Shown here piece by piece: positions 42,984-51,299 of a stretch of DNA of 58,542 bases. The translations under genes and the position numbers were made by a program. The stretch comes from an uncultured Lentisphaeraceae bacterium (GTDB lineage Bacteria > Verrucomicrobiota > Kiritimatiellia > RFP12 > UBA1067), in the NCBI GenBank assembly GCA_964390795.1, contig CAYMLQ010000002.1, positions 1 through 58,542 of the forward strand, given 5' to 3'. The notes below the pieces were generated by a model. The model made no database searches and was not told the origin of the DNA. It saw only the letters and a program-made list of their open reading frames with translations. Within the stretch, counting starts at the first letter, position 1; each line of letters starts with the position of its first letter.

Positions 42984-43136
42984 AGGTTCATTCTCCTTGC
43001 GACGACTTGGCCGTTTTCACCGGCGTTCGCAAACCGGCCTCAAGATTGATCGCGATCACCACCACATTGCCGATCGCACCTTGCCCTGCTGTGATGCCGT
43101 AATCCCGGCGGTCCAGCACGGTCGACAGTTCAGCGT

Positions 43137-43322
43137 TCAGGAGAGCGCGATGGCGTTGACGGGGCACTGGTCCTTAGCGTCCGTGCAATCGGACTCCGCC
43201 GCAGCCGGAACGGGGTCAGCGAGGGTGATGGCGACATCACCGCTCATGGCGAAGACAGTCGGGCAAATTTCGGCACAGAGACCGCATCCGACACAAAGAT
43301 CAGCATGGATAATGGCTTTCAT
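43137..43322 (-). CDS. Small single-cluster ferredoxin
   Basis: gaggag RBS. MKAIIHADLCVGCGLCAEICPTVF......C......CPVNAI. Confidence 0.85.
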   Translation of the reverse strand: MKAIIHADLCVGCGLCAEICPTVFAMSGDVAITLADPVPAAAESDCTDAKDQCPVNAIALS

Positions 43323-43389
43323 GGAAGGCTCCTCGGTTGGTTGTCGTTGTTAGCCGCCGCCCTTCTGAGATTTGGGCTAAATGGTTCGT

Positions 43390-43433
43390 ATGCTAATGAT
43401 TTTGGCGGGATTTGCCTATGGGGTAAACTCCCC
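43390..43433 (-). promoter_or_regulatory. Promoter-like site P-b upstream of the ferredoxin gene
   Basis: Minus strand reads GGGGAGTTTACCCCAT, then 22 nt, then TAGCAT. About 65 nt upstream of the start at 43322. Confidence 0.6.
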
Positions 43434-43451
43434 AAAACCTCCTCATTTCTC

Positions 43452-44114
43452 TTAGACCAGCTTCGCCGCAGCAAATTCCCAGTTGGCAAGATGGTCGAGG
43501 AAGGCTTGGACAAAGTCTTTGCGGCGGTTCTGGTAGTCGAGGTAATACGCGTGCTCCCATATGTCGCAGGTCAGAAGCGCGTTCTGGCCGTAGGCGATGG
43601 GCGTGTCTGCGTTGGCAGTTTTCACAACCCGCACGCTGTCATCGGACTGAACCAGCCAAACGGCGCCGCTGCCGAACTGTCCGACGGCCGCGGCCAGAAA
43701 CGAGGTCTTGAACGACTCGAACGAACCGAACGCCTTTACAAACAAGGCGAGCAGTCTCGGGGGCGGCTGGCCGCCGCCGCCCGGCCGCATGCTTTGCCAG
43801 AAGAGGGTGTGGTTCCAGACCTGCGCGGCATTGTTGAACAGCGCGGCCTTGTCCGTCATTTGTGCGGTGCTTTCAATGAGGTCTTCGAGCGAAAGTGCCG
43901 CGAACTCGGTTCCTGCCGTCATTTTGTTCAGGTTGTCAACGTAGGCGCGGTGATGCTGGCCGTAGTGAAAGCGCAGGGTTTTGGCTGACACAAAGGGTTC
44001 GAGCGCGTCCTGGGCATAGGGTAAAGCGGGCAGCTGAAAGGGGCCCAAAGCAAGGGTTTCATCCGGAGCGGATGAGGCTACCGTTTTGAGCGACTGGTGT
44101 CTCACGTGTCTCAT
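43452..44114 (-). CDS. sodB: Iron superoxide dismutase
   Basis: LPALPYAQDALEP, HYGQHH, FNNAAQVWNHTLFW (Fe-type) and DIWEHAYYLDYQNRR. It carries an N-terminal extension of about 25 aa. Confidence 0.9.
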   Translation of the reverse strand: MRHVRHQSLKTVASSAPDETLALGPFQLPALPYAQDALEPFVSAKTLRFHYGQHHRAYVDNLNKMTAGTEFAALSLEDLIESTAQMTDKAALFNNAAQVWNHTLFWQSMRPGGGGQPPPRLLALFVKAFGSFESFKTSFLAAAVGQFGSGAVWLVQSDDSVRVVKTANADTPIAYGQNALLTCDIWEHAYYLDYQNRRKDFVQAFLDHLANWEFAAAKLV

Positions 44115-44121
44115 GTTGCAA

Positions 44122-44164
44122 AGCTTACTTCGGGCTGCGGAGTCTCGCCATGGGGATTAATCCT
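44122..44164 (-). promoter_or_regulatory. Promoter-like site P-c immediately upstream of sodB (implies a leaderless or near-leaderless mRNA)
   Basis: Minus strand reads AGGATTAATCCCCAT, then 22 nt, then TAAGCT (44122-44127). Only 7 nt separate the hexamer from the ATG at 44114, and there is no SD. Confidence 0.55.
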
Positions 44165-44248
44165 ACTTACGGATGCCGGAATATCGGTTGTGGCATTGTC
44201 GGGATTGTGTTAAAAATTAAATGTCGATTGAAACCGTTGGGACTTGTT

Positions 44249-44935
44249 ATGAAAAAAATTACCGTCTTGTTGGCAGACGACCATAGCGTCGTGCGCGAGG
44301 GTCTTCAGGCTTTGCTTCAGGCAGAGAGCGACCTTCAGGTTGTCGGGCAAGCCTCGACGGGCTTTGAAGCTGTGGAGCTTTCCGTTAGACTGCGGCCGGA
44401 CGTGGTGGTTCTGGATATCGCCATGCCGGTGCTCAACGGGGTGGAAGCCCTGCGGCAGATCCGGGCATCCGTGCCCGGTACCAGGGTGCTGATTCTGTCG
44501 GCCTACTGCAACCCCGCCTGCATCGAGCAGGTTGTCGCGCTGGGCGCAGCGGGCTATCTGATCAAAAAGACCTCGATCCTGATCTTGGCCCAGGCGATTC
44601 GCGAGGTGCAGCAGGGCCGCTGTTTTCTTGACCCGGCCATTCACGTCGCGACTGGCCTCGCTCCCGGCGGTGTCCTGCGGCGTACGGGCACACAGGCGGG
44701 ACACAGCCCGGCGAAGGAAATCGCGCTCACGTCGCGCGAGATCGAGGTGCTGAAGCTGATCGCCGAGGGATTGCTCAACAAGCAGGTCGCCGACCGCTTG
44801 GGCATCAGCGCGAAAACCACCGAGAAGCATCGCTACAGTCTGATGGAGAAGCTTGCCATCCATGATACGGCGGGGCTGACGCGCTATGCCATCGAACTCG
44901 GCCTTGCCGAGCCGACATCCGAGACCGTGGCGTGA
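44249..44935 (+). CDS. NarL/FixJ-family response regulator (REC + LuxR-type HTH)
   Basis: MKKITVLLADDHSVVREGL...VVVLDIAMPVLNG. HTH: LTSREIEVLKLIAEGLLNKQVADRLGISAKTTEKHR. Confidence 0.9.
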   Translation: MKKITVLLADDHSVVREGLQALLQAESDLQVVGQASTGFEAVELSVRLRPDVVVLDIAMPVLNGVEALRQIRASVPGTRVLILSAYCNPACIEQVVALGAAGYLIKKTSILILAQAIREVQQGRCFLDPAIHVATGLAPGGVLRRTGTQAGHSPAKEIALTSREIEVLKLIAEGLLNKQVADRLGISAKTTEKHRYSLMEKLAIHDTAGLTRYAIELGLAEPTSETVA

Positions 44936-44951
44936 GGGATAGGGGTATCCA

Positions 44952-46325
44952 ATGAACAGACGCGATTTTATCAAGCTGAGCGGTTTGGCGGCTGCGGTGC
45001 CAGCCGCCGTGACGGGGCAGGCGCGAGCGGCCGAGGCGACGGTGCGGGGCGCAACCGTGCGGGAGCCCGCCCGCGACATCCCGGTCGTGGAGTCGGCGGA
45101 CGTGGTGGTGTGCGGCGCGGGTCCGGCGGGGGTGGCAGCCGCATTGAGCGCGGCACGCAAGGGCGCGAAGACGCTGCTGCTGGAACAGCATGGCTGCCTC
45201 GGCGGCATCTGGACCTCCGGCCTGCTCGCCTGGCTGCTCGACTGCGACAACAAGACGGGCGTCATGGCCGAGATCATCCGGCGCTTGGAAGAGCGCGGCG
45301 CGCGAACGGTGACGTCGGGCGGCAAGCCCACCAACGCCTACGATGTGGAGGTGATGAAGGCGCTGCTGGAAACGCTCTGCGAAGAGGCTGGCGTGGAGGT
45401 TCGCTACCACGTCCGCACGGCAGCGGCGGTCAAGAGCGATGGGCGCCTGACACATGTGGTCACGGAGTCCAAATCCGGACGAGAGGCCGTGGCTGGCAAG
45501 GCGTTCGTCGACGCCACGGGCGACGGCGATCTCGGCGCGCAGGCGGGCTGCGGGTTCGATTTCGGCCACCCCGAGACGGGGCTGACCCAGCCCATGAGCC
45601 TGATCTGCCTGGTCGCGGGGATCAACGCGCCGGAGCTGAAAGCGTTCTATAACGATCTCGATGCGGCGCAGTCGTGGGCCGCGCCCAAGGACGCGCTGCG
45701 CGCGGCCATGGAGGCGGGCGGCCACTCGCCCTCCTACGCGAAACCGTCGCTCTTCCGTGTGCGCGACGACCTCTTCATCCTGATGGCCAACCACGAGTAC
45801 GGCTTCAAAGGCACCGAGGCGCGGGATGTGACGCGCGCGACGCTGCACGCCCGCAAGGAGCTGCACGCGCTGATCGACGGTTTGCGCAGCACCGGAGGGC
45901 TCTGGAAGAACCTGCGCCTCGTGGCCACGGCCGAGCAGATCGGCGTGCGCGAAGGCCGCCGCCTGCGCGGCCTCTACACGATCACGGCAGACGACCTGAA
46001 AGAGGGGCGCCGCTTCGACGACGCGGTCTGCCGCGCGACCTTCGGCGTGGACGTGCATGCGCTGGATCCCAAGAAGACCAAGGGCATCGAGGCGCATCCG
46101 TGGCGGGCCAAGCCGTACGACATCCCGCTGCGGGCTCTCGTGGCGAAGGACGTGAAGGGGCTGATGTTCGCGGGACGCTGCATCAGCGGCGACTTCATCG
46201 CGCACTCGAGCTACCGCGTCACCGGTGACGCGGTGGCGATGGGCGAGGCGGCGGGCAAGGCCGCCGCAGTGGCCGCGCTCAGCGGCAAACCGCCGGCCGA
46301 GGTGACGGTCGCGGAATTGGGGTAG
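44952..46325 (+). CDS. FAD-dependent oxidoreductase with a twin-arginine signal
   Basis: MNRRDFIKLSGLAAAVPA (TAT motif). Dinucleotide fold VVVCGAGPAGVAAALSAARKGAKTLLLE. Confidence 0.85.
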   Translation: MNRRDFIKLSGLAAAVPAAVTGQARAAEATVRGATVREPARDIPVVESADVVVCGAGPAGVAAALSAARKGAKTLLLEQHGCLGGIWTSGLLAWLLDCDNKTGVMAEIIRRLEERGARTVTSGGKPTNAYDVEVMKALLETLCEEAGVEVRYHVRTAAAVKSDGRLTHVVTESKSGREAVAGKAFVDATGDGDLGAQAGCGFDFGHPETGLTQPMSLICLVAGINAPELKAFYNDLDAAQSWAAPKDALRAAMEAGGHSPSYAKPSLFRVRDDLFILMANHEYGFKGTEARDVTRATLHARKELHALIDGLRSTGGLWKNLRLVATAEQIGVREGRRLRGLYTITADDLKEGRRFDDAVCRATFGVDVHALDPKKTKGIEAHPWRAKPYDIPLRALVAKDVKGLMFAGRCISGDFIAHSSYRVTGDAVAMGEAAGKAAAVAALSGKPPAEVTVAELG

Positions 46326-48912
46326 CCTCAGCCTCGGCCAGCTCTGCAGCCGCGGGCCAAAGCTCGACCGCCCGTCGGAGGTAGTCGCGCACCTGCTGTT
46401 CGCGCACCGCAGGCGGACGCGGGTCGGTGGGCAGCGACTCGCGCGCGGCGGCCGCGGCATACAGGTAGTTTCCCGCGCGCAGCGCGGCGAGCACCTGCGC
46501 GGAAGGCGTCGCGCCGAGGTCGCACGAAGGGTACGAAGGACGCAGCGCGCGTTTGCCGATCCACTCGAGAAAGGGAAAGCCGTAGAGCCGTTCCTTGTCG
46601 CGCGGCAGGCGCGGGCCGAGAAAGGCGAAAAGCGGTCGGTCGTCGGTGGTCGCCGGAAACGCGTCGAAGCTCGGTTCCGCCCTGTGCAGGTCCGCGACGA
46701 AGAGTAGGCGAGAGGTCTCCGGCGACCGGAAGAAGGGGGCGGACGCGCGCGTTGTTTTCAGCCTCGCTGCAAGGAACTCGTCGGACATGGGAAGCGGTTC
46801 GTTCGCGCCCAGCAGTCCGATGACCGGCTGTAGCGGGTCGAGGTTCGCGCGCACCGCGATCGCACAGGGAAATGCGTCCGTGAAGGTGCGGATCACGATG
46901 CCGGCGGTTTGCGGGGTGAGTTGGTAGCACGGCAGCCAGAGGCAGAAGACGCCGCCGGGATTCAATCGCGCGCGGACGCTCTCGAAGAAGTCGCGCGAGT
47001 AGAGGCTGGCCGTGCCGTCCTCCCCCGGGAAGAACAGGTCGCAGATGATCGCGTCGAACGTGCCGGGCAGACGCGCGAGTTTCACGCGGCCGTCCGCCAC
47101 GTGTACCTGTGAGCGGGGATCGGAGAAGAGGCGTGCGTTCCAGGTGCCGAAATGTTCGCGTGCGGCGCTCACCACTTCGCGAACCAGCTCGATGGCGTGC
47201 AGCTCGGACACCGGAAAGTCGAGCGCCGCCACCGCAGAGAGGCCCGCCGCCATGCCGATGGTGACGACGCGTTCAGGGGTGCGGCAGAAGAGCAGGGGCA
47301 CCCAGCTCTGGTGCCGCTGCGAGGCGAGCGCGCGGCCTGTGCCGCTGAGCCGCTGGCGGCAGTTGAGCAGGATCTGCCGGGAGCCGCTCGCGGCGTTCTC
47401 GATGACGGACACGGGGCCGTATGCCCCTGAGTAGGCTGCGAGAACGCGCTCGTCGGGTTTGAGTCCCAGCACCGCTTCGCTACGCAAGGACTGGAATAGG
47501 CCGACCGCTGCCACGGCGGCGAGGAAGGCGGTCTCACGCCTCCAGGTGAGCCTGCGCGTCATGCTCAGCAGAGGCGCGGAGGCGATCAGCAGGTAGCCCC
47601 AGCCGAGCGCGGCCGTGCCGTGCGCGAGCCCGCAGAGAGGCAGCACCGCGTAGAGGCCGAGCGCTGCGCCTGCCGCCGCACCGAACTTGTTCACCGCCAG
47701 CGCGGCGCCGAGCGTGCGCCCCTCGCTGGCGGCGCGGGCGCTGACCAGTTCCCACGCCACAGGGAACACGCCGCCGAGGCAGACGGCGAGCGGCAGCACG
47801 ACAAGTCCGCAGCCGAGCAGCGCCTGCGAGAGCAGCCCGACTGGCGTGTCGGCGGTCAGCGCCGCCTCGCGTCCGCACAGCCACATGCCGAGGGACGGCA
47901 GCGCAAAGAGCAGGAGACCCGACGCCCCGGCGAAGAGCGACAGCAGACCGGGCGCAGGCCTGCCCCTGCGGCGCAGCGCAGCGACCGACAGTCCGCCCGC
48001 TCCCAGCCCGCTGAGGAACGCCGTCAGAACGCCGCTCACGGCATAGACCGACCCCTCGAGCGCCTGTCTCGCCCAGACGATCAGGAGCGTCTGGACGGCC
48101 AGCGATAGGGCGCCTGACGTGGCCAGCAGCGACCAACCCAACGCGTTTGGAAAAGCCGGGGCTGCGTGGCCGACTGAAGGCGAGACAGCCGACGTGGGTG
48201 GCGTTTGCTTGCGCGTTGCTGGTTTCGCCGCCGCGGCGATGCGACACGCTAGCAGTCCGCCCGCAAGCTGAAGTGCCGCTGCCACCGCGAAGGCGCCCGC
48301 GACACCCAGCGTGTAAGGTAGCCAGACGCTACCCGCCGCCACGCCCAGCGCCGCGCCGAGCAGGTTCATGCCGTAGAAGCGCCCGCCGGTTGACGTGCGG
48401 TGGCGCGCGTCCTCGACGACCGTTTCGGCCAATCCCGGAAACGAAGCCCCTGAGAAGAACGAGGGCGGGCCGACGAGTAACAGCGCGGCGGCGAACTGTC
48501 CGGCCCAGGACTCCGGCAGCACGTTCCCCTGCGTCCATAGCCAGCGGTTGAGCGTGAACATGGCGATGGCGGTAAGGGCGGATGCGACCTCGAAGCGCCC
48601 GTAGAACAGTAAAGCCTTGGATCGTCCCGCGACGAGCCATCCGCCCGCGAGGTTGCCCAGCGCCGCCGCCACGAAGAACACGGCGATGACCAGCGTGGAG
48701 GCGACCGCCGTGTTGCCCGCACGAAACGCGATCTCCCGCATCCAGACCGTCTCCAGCGTCAGGATGCAAAATCCCGAAAGCGCCCAGAGCGCCATCAGCG
48801 CGGAGCGAGAACCATTTCTATCTGTGTCAGGGAATGGCGACATGCGCTCATGGTAGCAGTGTCCGAATGATCCCGAAACCGAAAACATGTTGGAACGACA
48901 AAGTAACGACAA
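46279..48912 (-). CDS. Polytopic membrane domain fused to a spermidine-synthase-like (class I methyltransferase fold) domain
   Basis: The N-terminal part has about 12 hydrophobic helices. C-terminal VVTIGMAAGLS....ELHAIELV......HVADGR..L......FDAIICDLF. The start is uncertain (48912, 48888 or 48843). The 3' end overlaps the convergent gene by 47 nt. Confidence 0.8.
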   Translation of the reverse strand: MSLLCRSNMFSVSGSFGHCYHERMSPFPDTDRNGSRSALMALWALSGFCILTLETVWMREIAFRAGNTAVASTLVIAVFFVAAALGNLAGGWLVAGRSKALLFYGRFEVASALTAIAMFTLNRWLWTQGNVLPESWAGQFAAALLLVGPPSFFSGASFPGLAETVVEDARHRTSTGGRFYGMNLLGAALGVAAGSVWLPYTLGVAGAFAVAAALQLAGGLLACRIAAAAKPATRKQTPPTSAVSPSVGHAAPAFPNALGWSLLATSGALSLAVQTLLIVWARQALEGSVYAVSGVLTAFLSGLGAGGLSVAALRRRGRPAPGLLSLFAGASGLLLFALPSLGMWLCGREAALTADTPVGLLSQALLGCGLVVLPLAVCLGGVFPVAWELVSARAASEGRTLGAALAVNKFGAAAGAALGLYAVLPLCGLAHGTAALGWGYLLIASAPLLSMTRRLTWRRETAFLAAVAAVGLFQSLRSEAVLGLKPDERVLAAYSGAYGPVSVIENAASGSRQILLNCRQRLSGTGRALASQRHQSWVPLLFCRTPERVVTIGMAAGLSAVAALDFPVSELHAIELVREVVSAAREHFGTWNARLFSDPRSQVHVADGRVKLARLPGTFDAIICDLFFPGEDGTASLYSRDFFESVRARLNPGGVFCLWLPCYQLTPQTAGIVIRTFTDAFPCAIAVRANLDPLQPVIGLLGANEPLPMSDEFLAARLKTTRASAPFFRSPETSRLLFVADLHRAEPSFDAFPATTDDRPLFAFLGPRLPRDKERLYGFPFLEWIGKRALRPSYPSCDLGATPSAQVLAALRAGNYLYAAAAARESLPTDPRPPAVREQQVRDYLRRAVELWPAAAELAEAEATPIPRPSPRPAVCR

Positions 48913-49016
48913 AGGGACAGGTCTTTAGAAAAAAAAGTTGTTGCGGAGGCGGGACGGTCGGTGATAAAGTCAGGTGAGTTAAGTAAGTAAGGTAAAGAGA
49001 GAGGAGGATGCGTGTT

Positions 49017-50039
49017 ATGAGGCATGCGCGGGTAAAGGTGGAGGGGACAGGGTGCTACCATGTGGTGAGCCGGATCGTGGACCGGGCGTTCAAGATGGAC
49101 GACGCGGAGAAGGAGATATTCCGGCGGATGCTGCGCAAGGCGGAGGCTTTTTCCGGCGTGAGGGTTTTGACGTACGCGGTGATGTCGAACCATTTCCACG
49201 TGCTGGTTGAAGTGCCCGAGCGGGGCGAGGTGCGCGAGGAGGAACTGCTGCGCAGGATGACGATCCTTTACGGGGCGGGGTATGTTGCTGGAAGAGTCTC
49301 GCAGTGGGCGGAGTGGCGGAAGAACGGAGCGGCGTATCTCGTTGATGAAGAACGGGATAGGCTGCTCGCTCGGATGGGTGACGTCAGCGCGTTCGTAAAG
49401 ACTCTGAAACAACGCTACAGCATGTCGTACAACGCACGGCACAAGCGCACGGGCACTCTGTGGGAGGAGCGCTTCAAGAGCGTGCTGGTCGAGAACGGAG
49501 AGAGCGCGAAGGCGGCGGTGGCTGCGTATATCGACCTGAACCCGGTGCGGGCGAAGATCGTGGCCGATCCGAAGGACTACCGCTGGAGCGGGTACGGCGA
49601 GGCGTGCGGCGGCGGCAGGCAGGCGCGGGCGGGCCTAGTTGCCGTACATAAGACCTGTCCCTTAGAACAGGATGGCGAGTGGCGGCACGTCAGCGCGCGG
49701 TACCGCGTTCTGCTCTACGCCGAGGGCGAGGAGCACAGGGCGGCGTACGGCGGTCAGGTGGTGCGCAAGGGAATCGAGACGACCGAGGTGGACAAGGTAC
49801 TCGAAAGCAACGGGAAACTGCCCTTGCCGGAGATCCTGCGGTGCCGTGTGCGGTACTTTACCGACGGCATGGTGATCGGCGGCAAGGCGTTCGTGGAGCG
49901 GGTTTTTAACGAAAACAGGGGACTTTTCGGCCCGAAACGCAAGGACGGTGCACGGAAGATGCGGTTCGGCGAGTGGGGGGATCTGAGGACTGCCCGCGCA
50001 CTGAGGGTGGATGCGGTGCGGCTGCCGCTGACGACATGA
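49017..50039 (+). CDS. IS200-like Y1/HUH transposase-family protein (REP-associated tyrosine transposase-like) with a C-terminal extension
   Basis: HUH motif in SNHFHVLVEVP. Tyr motif DYRWSGY. gaggagg lies 9 nt upstream of the ATG at 49017 (the track start is 49008). No recognisable IS ends flank it. Confidence 0.65.
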   Translation: MRHARVKVEGTGCYHVVSRIVDRAFKMDDAEKEIFRRMLRKAEAFSGVRVLTYAVMSNHFHVLVEVPERGEVREEELLRRMTILYGAGYVAGRVSQWAEWRKNGAAYLVDEERDRLLARMGDVSAFVKTLKQRYSMSYNARHKRTGTLWEERFKSVLVENGESAKAAVAAYIDLNPVRAKIVADPKDYRWSGYGEACGGGRQARAGLVAVHKTCPLEQDGEWRHVSARYRVLLYAEGEEHRAAYGGQVVRKGIETTEVDKVLESNGKLPLPEILRCRVRYFTDGMVIGGKAFVERVFNENRGLFGPKRKDGARKMRFGEWGDLRTARALRVDAVRLPLTT

Positions 50040-50166
50040 CGCGCAGGAAACGGTTCGGCGAAGAGAGCATTCCGTCCGTGCAGAACCCGGCCAAACATGG
50101 CATACTGCCTTCTCTGTCCGCTTGAGGACGTCAACCGTTTTAATCTATCACACCCGAGAGACTCCC

Positions 50167-51297
50167 ATGACCTTTTCCGATATTGGCGTGAAGCCTGACC
50201 TGATCGCGGCGCTGGCGAAGCAGAAGATCACGGAGCCGACTCCGATCCAAGCCGTGGCGTACCCTGTGCTGCTGGAAGGCAAGGACGCCTACCTGCACGC
50301 CGAGACCGGCACGGGCAAGACGCTGGCCTACCTGCTGCCGCTCTTCTGCCGCATCGACGTCAAGCTGGCGGCCACGCAGCTTGTGATCGTCGCGCCGACC
50401 CATGAGCTTGCGCTTCAAATCCAGCGCCAGAGTTGCGAGCTGGCGGTGAACGCGGCCTGGCCGGTCAGCACGCTCTTGCTCATCGGCGGTACGCTGATTG
50501 ACCGGCAGATCGAGAAGCTGAAGAAGAAGCCGCACGTGGTGGTCGGTTCGCCCGGCCGCATCCGCGAACTGGTCCAGCTCGGGAAGCTCAAGGCCCATCA
50601 GGTCAAATGCGTGGTGATCGACGAGGCCGACCGGCTGCTGGTCGAGGAGAGCCTGCCCGCGATCCGCGACCTGCTGCAGGTGATGCCGCGCGACCGCCAG
50701 TTGGTCTTCGTCTCGGCCACGGAACAGCCGGAGAGCGCGGGCGTCATCGCAGCGCTCGCGCCGAAGCTCGTCATGCTGCAGACCGCAGCCGCGCCGATGA
50801 ACGCCAACATCGAACACTTCGGCCTGGTCTGCGAGGAGCGCGACAAGCCGGACGTGTTGCGCAGCCTGCTGCATACGCTGAAGCCCGAACGCTCGATCGT
50901 CTTCGTACACCGCACGGAGACGGCGGAGATCGTGGCGGCCAAACTGGCCTACCACCATGTGTCGGTGGCGCAACTGCACGGGGCGTTCGACAAACAGGAC
51001 CGCAAGCAGGCGATGGACGACTTCCGCAACGGGCGCGCGACCGTGCTGATCGCGTCGGACGTCGCGGCCCGCGGGCTCGATATCCCGGGCGTCACGCACA
51101 TTTTCAACCTCGACGTGCCCACGCTCAGCAAGGCCTACCTGCATCGCGTGGGGCGCACGGCTCGGGCCGGCGCGTCGGGCGTGGCGGTCACGCTGTTCAC
51201 CGAGACGGAGAAGCAGTTGGCCGGTCGATTCGAGGACGACCTTGGCATTGTGGTGCGGCGGGTGCGCCTGCGCGAGGGGCGGCTGGTTAACGTATAA
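50167..51297 (+). CDS. DEAD-box ATP-dependent RNA helicase
   Basis: Motifs [33 protein letters not shown]. Confidence 0.9.
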   Translation: MTFSDIGVKPDLIAALAKQKITEPTPIQAVAYPVLLEGKDAYLHAETGTGKTLAYLLPLFCRIDVKLAATQLVIVAPTHELALQIQRQSCELAVNAAWPVSTLLLIGGTLIDRQIEKLKKKPHVVVGSPGRIRELVQLGKLKAHQVKCVVIDEADRLLVEESLPAIRDLLQVMPRDRQLVFVSATEQPESAGVIAALAPKLVMLQTAAAPMNANIEHFGLVCEERDKPDVLRSLLHTLKPERSIVFVHRTETAEIVAAKLAYHHVSVAQLHGAFDKQDRKQAMDDFRNGRATVLIASDVAARGLDIPGVTHIFNLDVPTLSKAYLHRVGRTARAGASGVAVTLFTETEKQLAGRFEDDLGIVVRRVRLREGRLVNV

Positions 51298-51299
51298 GG

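Noticed and set aside
48912-49663. 14-bp perfect inverted repeat (aagggacaggtctt at 48912-48925 and aagacctgtccctt at 49650-49663) as possible ends of an IS carrying the Y1 gene.
   Set aside because: The second copy lies inside the CDS rather than beyond it. IS200/IS605 elements do not use terminal inverted repeats. A single 14-mer coincidence within about 1 kb cannot be excluded for a 58-kb window.
50080-50110. aaacatggcatactgcc upstream of the DEAD-box helicase, as an eighth copy of the promoter motif.
   Set aside because: It shares only CATGGCATA with P-a and lacks both the GGR-N5-CCCC box and the TAnnnT at +23.
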